From: a virus
Lineage: Duplodnaviria; Caudoviricetes
Strand: one strand, 5' to 3'
Virus record (IMG/VR): IMGVR_UViG_3300007754_000052
Coordinates: 1 to 25,988 of that record
DNA: 25,988 nucleotides
The notes under the pieces: generated by a model
The model's input: only the letters and a program-made list of their open reading frames with translations
The model's database searches: none
What the model was told of the DNA's origin: nothing
Part shown: in pieces, positions 17,792-24,539 of the stretch
How positions within the stretch are numbered: the stretch's first letter is position 1
Layout of the letters: each line of letters opens with the position of its first letter
Translations under genes and position numbers: made by a program

Positions 17792-18084
17792 TTCGGATGC
17801 CTCCCTTTAATTTCGTTTATCTTATCAACCCAAGTTGTCGTGCTATCTCTGTCATCATCGAACATCATCTCGAATTGATTTAGTTGGTCGTATTCTGCTT
17901 TGCGGTTTCTAGCGTAGGCTTGAGCATCGTAAGCAGTTTGCAACTCTGTTTGTTTTGCTAATATATCTTCCTTTGAAATTGGAGTAGTACCATTTTCCCA
18001 AATTAAAGTATCTATATCATCAGCACTAATACTTACTTGTGCTGTTGGATTTATTTCTAATACTGTTTCAATAATTGTTATCAT
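17788..18084 (-). CDS. fibre chaperone (XkdW-like), paralog 2
   Basis: 98 aa; INP.A..S...DD.D...W..G.TPISKEDILAKQTELQTAYDAQAYAR.R..EY shared with 18726-19025. Confidence 0.6.
   Translation of the reverse strand: MITIIETVLEINPTAQVSISADDIDTLIWENGTTPISKEDILAKQTELQTAYDAQAYARNRKAEYDQLNQFEMMFDDDRDSTTTWVDKINEIKGRHPK
17912..17985. repeat. 74-bp direct repeat, copy 1
   Basis: 70/74 identical to 18853-18926, with a 41-bp perfect core (17945-17985). Confidence 0.9.
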
Positions 18085-18722
18085 TATGCACCTACCTCGA
18101 ATACTGTAATTGAACCACTTTGACCATCTCTCATCATCTTTACGCTTCCCGATTCTGACCTAATATACACTTGATATGTTGTGGCAGATGTTGTTGATGG
18201 AGAGTCTAAAATTGTAAGACAATTTCCACTTTTTCTGTCAAACGATTGTGACAAACCATTAGCCGGGCCTAAGTTTGTAGAACCTCTATATAGTGTAGTA
18301 AGACAAGCACCAGCTGATGTTCCATCAGTACCAAACCCAGCTATCACAAAGATTTTAGAAGATGTTGCAGAAGGTGTAATAGTACAAGACAATGTATTTG
18401 AGGCAGTAACAAATGATGTTGATGTTGTACTTCTTTCCGTTGAATCTGTTGCTGTGACAACCTGTAATATCTTTCCACCACCAGCTGCTGCCCAAGAGTT
18501 ATCCCCTCGAAGGAATGTAGAAGAACTCGCTGTACCTGTAGCTGATAATTCAGCAACTCCCACAGCATCATCTGCTAGGTGAGCATTGTCTATACTTGCA
18601 TCAACATAGGCATCACTATCTATAGAATTATCTGCCATCATTCCAGCATCTACTATATCATCTGGCAATCCACCGACTGATATGCCAGTTACTGTTCCAC
18701 TTCCGTTAATTACTATTGCCAT
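18084..18722 (-). CDS. tail fibre protein, cassette 2
   Basis: 212 aa; shaft repeats D.S(I/V).., SATGTASSSTFLRGDNSW motif, C-terminal GKILQVV...ITPSATSSKI...LDSPSTTSATTY...SITVFEVGA domain. Confidence 0.7.
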   Translation of the reverse strand: MAIVINGSGTVTGISVGGLPDDIVDAGMMADNSIDSDAYVDASIDNAHLADDAVGVAELSATGTASSSTFLRGDNSWAAAGGGKILQVVTATDSTERSTTSTSFVTASNTLSCTITPSATSSKIFVIAGFGTDGTSAGACLTTLYRGSTNLGPANGLSQSFDRKSGNCLTILDSPSTTSATTYQVYIRSESGSVKMMRDGQSGSITVFEVGA

Positions 18723-18725
18723 TAT

Positions 18726-19025
18726 TTACTCCTTTGGATATTTGTCTTTGACTGCTTGAAGTATTGCTGTCATATCATCTGGGAAAACCCCTGCGTGAAA
18801 TAGAGAATCTAATTGGTCGCCTATATGTGGATATTCTGTTGCTCTACTTCTTGCGTAGGCTTGAGCATCATAAGCTGTTTGTAATTCTGTTTGTTTTGCT
18901 AATATATCTTCCTTTGAAATTGGAGTCTGTCCACTATCCCATCTAATATTATCAACATCATCATCAGATACGCTACATTTTGCTTCTGGATTTATTGCTA
19001 ATATGGCATCTAAAATATCTATCAT
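18726..19025 (-). CDS. fibre chaperone (XkdW-like), paralog 1
   Basis: 99 aa; YARSRATEYPHIGDQLD motif; ATGA overlap with the upstream fibre gene. Confidence 0.6.
   Translation of the reverse strand: MIDILDAILAINPEAKCSVSDDDVDNIRWDSGQTPISKEDILAKQTELQTAYDAQAYARSRATEYPHIGDQLDSLFHAGVFPDDMTAILQAVKDKYPKE
18853..18926. repeat. 74-bp direct repeat, copy 2
   Basis: 70/74 identical to 17912-17985. Confidence 0.9.
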
Positions 19026-19720
19026 CCTGCTATCTCCATTAATGTAATTGTACTTCTTGAATTACCACTACCAGTACCATTCATAGCTCTATTAAAACTC
19101 ACTTCAGAATAACTACTTGTTGAAAATTTATAAGTTGTTGCTGAAGTAGTTGAAATTCCTGTATCTAAAAAAGTCCAATTAAGAGGCAGAATAGTATAAT
19201 CATTATTGTGTGTACTTGTTCCTCCTCTACTTATAAAATCATCTGCTCCCCAAAAAGAACCTACTGAACTGTGGTATTGAGTGGTTGTTGCACCCACAGC
19301 AGTTGAATCTCTAAAACAAGAAATACCTCCGTTTGGATTATGGACTCCAAAATATAATGTAACGTGAATTAGTACAGATGAAGATGTAGCTGTTGGAGTA
19401 ATCGCTTGTGAAATCAAATCATCACTTGCACTTGTAGAATGTAATTGAGTTTCCGAAGTACCTTGAACAACTTGTATTACACTACCTGCTGGCATTTGTG
19501 AAGCTGTGAATCCAGTAAGACTTGCTCCACTAATTGCTGGAAGTGTACCAGTAATATTTGCTGCTGGGATAGCTGTTAAATTAGCTGCACTACCATCACT
19601 ATTAAGTAGTGTACCTGTGGCATCTGGAAGGGTTATCGTTCTATCCGTACTCGTATTAGGAGCAGTAACTGTCAGTATGCCAGTTCCCGAAGCGTGTCCT
19701 GTAATTTTTACTTTAGCCAT
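19022..19720 (-). CDS. tail fibre protein, cassette 1
   Basis: 232 aa; AP....DRTITLPDATGT motif; C-terminal GSVIQVVQ...ITPTATSSSV...STTSATTYK...STITLMEIAG domain paralogous to 18084-18722; AAGGAG RBS. Confidence 0.7.
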   Translation of the reverse strand: MAKVKITGHASGTGILTVTAPNTSTDRTITLPDATGTLLNSDGSAANLTAIPAANITGTLPAISGASLTGFTASQMPAGSVIQVVQGTSETQLHSTSASDDLISQAITPTATSSSVLIHVTLYFGVHNPNGGISCFRDSTAVGATTTQYHSSVGSFWGADDFISRGGTSTHNNDYTILPLNWTFLDTGISTTSATTYKFSTSSYSEVSFNRAMNGTGSGNSRSTITLMEIAG

Positions 19721-19731
19721 TCTTTACTCCT

Positions 19732-20349
19732 TTATACTATTACCCAAGTGCTACCAGTCGGCACAGTAACCGATATTCCACTAGAAATTGTTATTGGACC
19801 AGCACTCATAGCATTTGAACCACTCGTTATAGAGTAGTTTGCATCAATCGTATGTTCGTGCTCATATAAGCCCTTGGTTGTTGTGTTGGCATCTGTATCT
19901 AATGTTGCCCAACTTGCAGTTGTAGCATTTGTTGTTAAATACTTGCCAGCGTGTCCACTCTGAGAAGGCAGTGCATCTACTGTAGACCAAGCATTATCAC
20001 CTCTAAGGTAAGTAGAACTTGATGCTGTACCTGTAGCACTCATCATAGCAATATCCACAGCACCAGCTGCGATAGTCAGAGCACCACTACCTGTTACATC
20101 TCCAGTATGTGTAGCATTTGATACCTTGGCATCCAGCTGTGTCTGTATAGCAGAGGTTACACCATCAACATAATTAAGCTCGGTATCAGTGGCATTTACA
20201 GCACCATCAATATTAGGGAATGTAGTTTTCAGTACATTCTTTATTCCTCTTATATGGTCATCACCCTCAGAGACATTATCGCCTGCCGCTGGATTTGACG
20301 AATTGAGGTCATCAATGTACTTAGTACCTGTTAAATCCTCTAAAGCCAT
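19732..20349 (-). CDS. proximal tail fibre / hub protein
   Basis: 205 aa; N-terminal domain shared with 11368-11988; ELNYVDGVTSAIQTQLD, HTGDVTG, LPSQSGHAGKYLTT fibre motifs; C-terminal NAMSAGPITI...VTVP.GSTWVIV domain. Confidence 0.7.
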   Translation of the reverse strand: MALEDLTGTKYIDDLNSSNPAAGDNVSEGDDHIRGIKNVLKTTFPNIDGAVNATDTELNYVDGVTSAIQTQLDAKVSNATHTGDVTGSGALTIAAGAVDIAMMSATGTASSSTYLRGDNAWSTVDALPSQSGHAGKYLTTNATTASWATLDTDANTTTKGLYEHEHTIDANYSITSGSNAMSAGPITISSGISVTVPTGSTWVIV

Positions 20350-20360
20350 TGTCTACTCCT

Positions 20361-20852
20361 TTATGCTGAAGCAGCTGTTACTGTTACTGTTACCTGTAGT
20401 GTGTCACCAGAGATTACTGCACGTGAGGAACTAAAGTCAACTACACCATATAGTGTACCTGCTGTTCCTGTTGCCGCTGTATTTAAGAAAGCACCAGCTA
20501 CTGTTGCTGTTGCGTTAATTGTAAAGTCTACACTTGATGAGTTAGTCATACTACCAGATGAGGCTGCACCTTCTGTCCATTCTTTTCTGTTTCCAGAATA
20601 GCCAGTCAGTTCTGCCCAACTTGAGTGTGATGCCATAGTATCTGCGGCTACTGGTGTACCAGCACCTTTAAGACCTATGTACCAAGTTGTAACTTGTGTT
20701 GCTGCGTGGAATTGTACATCAAGAATATGATTTAGACCTGCTGTCACAATTATATTCTTGTTATCCTCTTCCCATTTGATGTTGCCATCTTTATCAAGAC
20801 AAGTAACTTTCCAAAAGTTAGCCAGCCCGATGTCTACATTACCTAATGCCAT
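20361..20852 (-). CDS. conserved phage virion protein (beta-rich, tail/head associated)
   Basis: 163 aa; NIIV..GLNHILD...WYIGL...GAFL...GTLY...F...R.V.SGDTL.VT pattern common in phage structural proteins; AGGAG RBS. Confidence 0.55.
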   Translation of the reverse strand: MALGNVDIGLANFWKVTCLDKDGNIKWEEDNKNIIVTAGLNHILDVQFHAATQVTTWYIGLKGAGTPVAADTMASHSSWAELTGYSGNRKEWTEGAASSGSMTNSSSVDFTINATATVAGAFLNTAATGTAGTLYGVVDFSSSRAVISGDTLQVTVTVTAASA

Positions 20853-20867
20853 TATTTACTCCTATTG

Positions 20868-21299
20868 TTAATTATCTGGGTCACTTATTTTTGTCCAAAG
20901 TGTATCCTCGTCTTCCTCTATATCATTCCATAAGAAATTGTTTTCACTTGAAGCAGAGTTATTCATACTTAGTGTAGCACTCTCTGGAAAGTTCACGTTG
21001 TTCTTCATATCGCTTGTACCTGCCATTGTTGCAGTAACTGGCATAGCGTGGCTAGAAGAACTTGTTATTGTACCACTTTCATCTAATGTTATTGATGCTG
21101 GCATAACGTGTGCTGTTGTGCCTGTCATTCCAAAATTCGTTCCTATAGACAACGACCTTGGAAATACTGTATCTTCTAATAATGACTGAGTAAAATTAGT
21201 CTGAGTCATTACCGCAGTTACTTGGTAAGTATCGTTAGACCAGAGGTTTGAATTTCCAGACCAGACAGTTGATTCTGCCGACCAAGTGCTCTGAGCCAT
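20868..21299 (-). CDS. Ser/Thr-rich putative virion protein with Trp-repeat termini
   Basis: 143 aa; W-x6-W-x6-W at the N-terminus, internal H(V/A)MP repeats; TAATG overlap. Confidence 0.55.
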   Translation of the reverse strand: MAQSTWSAESTVWSGNSNLWSNDTYQVTAVMTQTNFTQSLLEDTVFPRSLSIGTNFGMTGTTAHVMPASITLDESGTITSSSSHAMPVTATMAGTSDMKNNVNFPESATLSMNNSASSENNFLWNDIEEDEDTLWTKISDPDN

Positions 21300-21943
21300 T
21301 AGCCTTCAACTCCAGAATAGATATTCCGTACTCTCATCGCTGAACCAGAATGTCTATCCCTAGCATCCGCATCTTGTAGTTTCTTAATTGCACCATTGTA
21401 TGCGTTTAACCACAGACCAATCCTTTCATCATTCTTAATAAAAGGCTCTGCCTCCAATAGTGCACCATATAATAATACATCTGGTGCATTTGTTGTAAGC
21501 CAGTTGCTTGTTACAGTACCTGAAGTACCATCACCTAGCGGTGTAAATTTCTCATAGAAAGCCATCTCAACTGTATAGTCAGAATCTGGTATAGGTGCTA
21601 GTTGTATCTCGTCACCTATGAGTGTATAAGCCTTCGGTTTACCAGTTGTATCACTTCCATATAACCTATCCAACATCTCTGGTGTTATATATTCGAGAGG
21701 TGTGATAGGGTTCGTATTAATTTGCATATTACGCATTTGTAAATAACCACCGGGGAGATTAAAGTATCTCTGACTTGCTGTGGTTTCCATCGAACTTCTT
21801 ACTTCCATAGGGCGTATGCGTAAATCCCTATTGAGTCTAGCCTCTGCCAGAGTTATGAAGTCCGGTATTCTGTCTGTTAAGTCTGACCTATCCAGCCAGT
21901 CCGCTACTGCATCTTTTAATTCTGTGAATGTGCTTAATGCCAT
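21299..21943 (-). CDS. head-tail adaptor (P22 gp4 / T7 gp11 analog)
   Basis: 214 aa; ELK.AVADWL.RSDL...IPDFI.LAEARLNR.LR, G.P..Y, LAP.PD..Y, NWL...APD.LLYGAL.EA motifs typical of podovirus adaptors. Confidence 0.75.
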   Translation of the reverse strand: MALSTFTELKDAVADWLDRSDLTDRIPDFITLAEARLNRDLRIRPMEVRSSMETTASQRYFNLPGGYLQMRNMQINTNPITPLEYITPEMLDRLYGSDTTGKPKAYTLIGDEIQLAPIPDSDYTVEMAFYEKFTPLGDGTSGTVTSNWLTTNAPDVLLYGALLEAEPFIKNDERIGLWLNAYNGAIKKLQDADARDRHSGSAMRVRNIYSGVEG

Positions 21944-22236
21944 TATACTTTTCCTTTAGTAGTACGCCAAGCAGCGTTGTCTGGATGATTTAGCCACTCT
22001 CTCATCCTTTCTTGGTTTCCCCAAACCTTATCTCTCATCATCTGCTCAACTACAATAAGAGGTATTCTGGCAACCCTGTGTGAGAACTGAGAGTCTCCTT
22101 TATATTTATTTCTTCCAGCAGTGAACTTGTCAGACCTATTTTTATCATAGATGTCTTTAACTGCTTTATCTTCCTGTCCACTGGCTAGAGTTAAAGTTCC
22201 GTCTGCGTTTTGAATTAGTTTAGATTTTACTGCCAT
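21943..22236 (-). CDS. conserved small protein following the capsid gene
   Basis: 97 aa from ATG 22236 (MAVKSK; preferred over the GTG at 22248, which lies inside the hairpin); motifs VARIP..V.E..M and WLN.PDN..WRT..G. Confidence 0.65.
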   Translation of the reverse strand: MAVKSKLIQNADGTLTLASGQEDKAVKDIYDKNRSDKFTAGRNKYKGDSQFSHRVARIPLIVVEQMMRDKVWGNQERMREWLNHPDNAAWRTTKGKV

Positions 22237-22243
22237 AAGTATA

Positions 22244-22267
22244 ACCACCCCAGTTTCCTAGGGTGGT
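22244..22267 (-). terminator. GC-rich stem-loop after the capsid gene (terminator-like or RBS-sequestering)
   Basis: minus strand ACCACCCTAG-GAAA-CTGGGGTGGT: 10-bp stem (one G-U), GNRA tetraloop, followed by only a weak U-tract (TATACTT). Confidence 0.7.
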
Positions 22268-22281
22268 ATTTAGGTTAGCTA

Positions 22282-23184
22282 TTAACCAGTAGTGTAACGG
22301 ATTGCTCCATTAGCTGCTTCGTTGCCACAGCGTAGACCGAACTCTACAAGAAGCATCTTCTTGTCTGAGTCACCTTCTTTCGCAATATCCACAGTTTGGA
22401 AATCACGAAGATACTCTACTGACCACATATCGTGGTCTAGGAAGTATACAAGGTCTTGGTCACAGTATCTGTCTAGCGTAATGTTGAATGTACCAAAATC
22501 TGATACATAAACATCAACTGCATTGTAGATTGACTTGTTGTCGTCAACAATACTACGAGTATTGTCAGCACGACCAGACATTGCTGTAATCAACTTTTTG
22601 TTGGTAGCACCTAAAAGGATTGTTGATGGCTCGCCACCAGCATTCCAAGTAGATTCTGCAACAGCAGTTATATCAGCTTCAACAACCGCAGCGTGTGAAC
22701 CAGAAGTACCAGCATCAGTTACGTTAGTCGTAATGAAAGCACCAGCTCCTTTGGTTTCACGTGCTGTAGAGGCGTTACCTGCCACAGCTGCGTTGTTAGC
22801 TAATAGTGAAGTCTCCATATCTCGCTTCATCTCTTTCGAGGCTTTTGCGAGTTGGTGTGCCATTTCAGACTTCTTACCGGCATTGTTCACTGTCTCCTGA
22901 GTACCAGTGACTTCAACCACCTTCTTACTAATTTGAGTATAGTTACCCAATCTAGTTGTAGCAGTAGTAGTCGCAGCACCCACAGCAGCTCCCTCCACGT
23001 GATAGTTAGTTCCAGAAGCAGCGGTTAGGGCATCTGTCTGCCACTCAAAATAAGTGTTAGAAACAGTACCTTTACCTGCTATACCCGATAGGAATGGAGT
23101 ATCAGTAGGGGAAATATCATAGATTACATCAGACAAATCCTCACGAATCGCTGTTGCATCATATGTACTGAAATTTGTAGGCAT
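22282..23184 (-). CDS. major capsid protein (HK97 fold, SU10/DUF5309-like)
   Basis: 300 aa; REDLSDVIYDISPTDTPF, EWQTD.L, EG, RLGNYTQI, KEMKRDME, SDFG, AK.GDS.K motifs; AAGGAG RBS; double stop TAA TAG. Confidence 0.9.
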   Translation of the reverse strand: MPTNFSTYDATAIREDLSDVIYDISPTDTPFLSGIAGKGTVSNTYFEWQTDALTAASGTNYHVEGAAVGAATTTATTRLGNYTQISKKVVEVTGTQETVNNAGKKSEMAHQLAKASKEMKRDMETSLLANNAAVAGNASTARETKGAGAFITTNVTDAGTSGSHAAVVEADITAVAESTWNAGGEPSTILLGATNKKLITAMSGRADNTRSIVDDNKSIYNAVDVYVSDFGTFNITLDRYCDQDLVYFLDHDMWSVEYLRDFQTVDIAKEGDSDKKMLLVEFGLRCGNEAANGAIRYTTG

Positions 23185-23196
23185 TTCAATATCTCC

Positions 23197-24255
23197 TTAA
23201 AGCATATCATAAAATAAGGAAGCGGCATCTTGTTGCTTACCAGTCTTCCTCAACCGTGTACGCTTTGCTTTTAATGCTTCAGTAGCTGTATCTTCCTTCG
23301 ATTTTCCTCTTCCGGCTTTTTGTACTTTGGGAACTTTCTTGACTGCTTTCTTCTTTGGAGCTACTTTCTTGGTTAGCTTATCAAACTCCATTGCTTTCTT
23401 AATTACTAAGACACTGCGATGGTCTGCTAACTGATTTATCTCTTCTGGTCTAAAGCCTACTGAAGTAGCATACTCCTGTATGTCCTTCTTAATTGTAGAG
23501 TCTTTATCATTCCACTCAGGTAGAGCTTGCACTAACTTGCTATATTCTTGCTGAACAAAATGTGCTCTAGCTTTTTGCATAGCAGATTGTTGTTCTTGTT
23601 GTATTAGAACTTGCTGCTGTGCCGCATTATTTGCTCTTTCCTGAACGTCTCTGTACTCATCCTTCTTTAACATATATTGATAAGGGTCTTCCTCTTTCAT
23701 AGTTTCCCAGTCAATATTATCGAAGTCTTTCAACTTGGCTTGCTGTTGCTCTTGCAACATCTGAAGTCCATTTGCGTACATTTGCCTCTCCTGCTCTAGT
23801 TGCATACGCTCGGACTGGATTTGCTCCGTCTCCTTACGTTGCTGTGCTAGTGCTTGAGACTTACGAGTATAGTCAGCCTGTCTCTGGTATCCGTTCTTGA
23901 GTTCTTCAATACCAACCTCTAGTTCCTCTCCGTCTACTTTAATAGTATACTTCAAGTCCTCTTCGGCTACTACATCATACTCTTCTTCAGTTTCATCAGA
24001 TTCCTCTGATTCTACTTCTTCAGATACTTCCTCTTCTGCCTCTGTTTCAACTTGTCCTTCTGGGGTCTCTTCTTCGACATTTTCAGCTTCCTTTGTTTCC
24101 TCTACCGATTCCTCGTCAACAGCGGCTTTGGTTTCCTCGTTTGCGGTTTGTTCTTGTGAATCCCACATATTAAGGATTGTATTTGCAGCTTCTTCACTAG
24201 AACCTGCCTTTGCTCTTTCAAATCTACCTTCTTGGTTATTCTCTACAGAATCCAT
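23197..24255 (-). CDS. capsid scaffolding protein
   Basis: 352 aa; acidic N-terminus, KVDGEE.EV..EEL..GYQRQADYTRKSQ.LA signature, coiled coil, basic C-terminus; directly upstream of the capsid gene. Confidence 0.85.
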   Translation of the reverse strand: MDSVENNQEGRFERAKAGSSEEAANTILNMWDSQEQTANEETKAAVDEESVEETKEAENVEEETPEGQVETEAEEEVSEEVESEESDETEEEYDVVAEEDLKYTIKVDGEELEVGIEELKNGYQRQADYTRKSQALAQQRKETEQIQSERMQLEQERQMYANGLQMLQEQQQAKLKDFDNIDWETMKEEDPYQYMLKKDEYRDVQERANNAAQQQVLIQQEQQSAMQKARAHFVQQEYSKLVQALPEWNDKDSTIKKDIQEYATSVGFRPEEINQLADHRSVLVIKKAMEFDKLTKKVAPKKKAVKKVPKVQKAGRGKSKEDTATEALKAKRTRLRKTGKQQDAASLFYDML

Positions 24256-24271
24256 CGGTTACTCCTCTCAC

Positions 24272-24532
24272 TTAGTTAATAAATTCTTCTTGCTCCTTCT
24301 CTGCAAGTTTACCAGTTTCAAACACAGACTGTATATGTTGCTCAACTAGGTCTAGTGCTTTTATGGTTATGTATAATCTATCTCTTTCTACTTCTTCTGC
24401 AACTCTAGTATTCAAGAGATGTTTAATTAATTCTTCTCTGATTGTCTTGAATGACTCCTTGAATAAAGGGTCATCTAACAATCGTTTTGCGTTATCTGCT
24501 CTACGCAGCTCCTCTCCCTTCTTCTTTCCCAT
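24272..24532 (-). CDS. conserved small protein between portal and scaffold
   Basis: 86 aa; RA..AKRLLDDPLF.E.F pattern seen at this position in P22-like podophages. Confidence 0.6.
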   Translation of the reverse strand: MGKKKGEELRRADNAKRLLDDPLFKESFKTIREELIKHLLNTRVAEEVERDRLYITIKALDLVEQHIQSVFETGKLAEKEQEEFIN

Positions 24533-24539
24533 AATTTAA

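Noticed and set aside
6969-18571. Nested minus-strand alternative-frame ORFs 6969-7166 and 18344-18571
   Set aside because: They lie within real genes, lack a convincing RBS and have no protein-like features.
17912-18926. Possible diversity-generating retroelement TR/VR pair
   Set aside because: No reverse transcriptase in the window, both copies are coding, the four differences are synonymous and not all at adenines, and the repeat is in chaperones rather than at an RBP C-terminus.
22270-22290. T7 10B-like capsid read-through or frameshift extension
   Set aside because: The gene ends in a tandem TAA TAG with no slippery heptamer visible.
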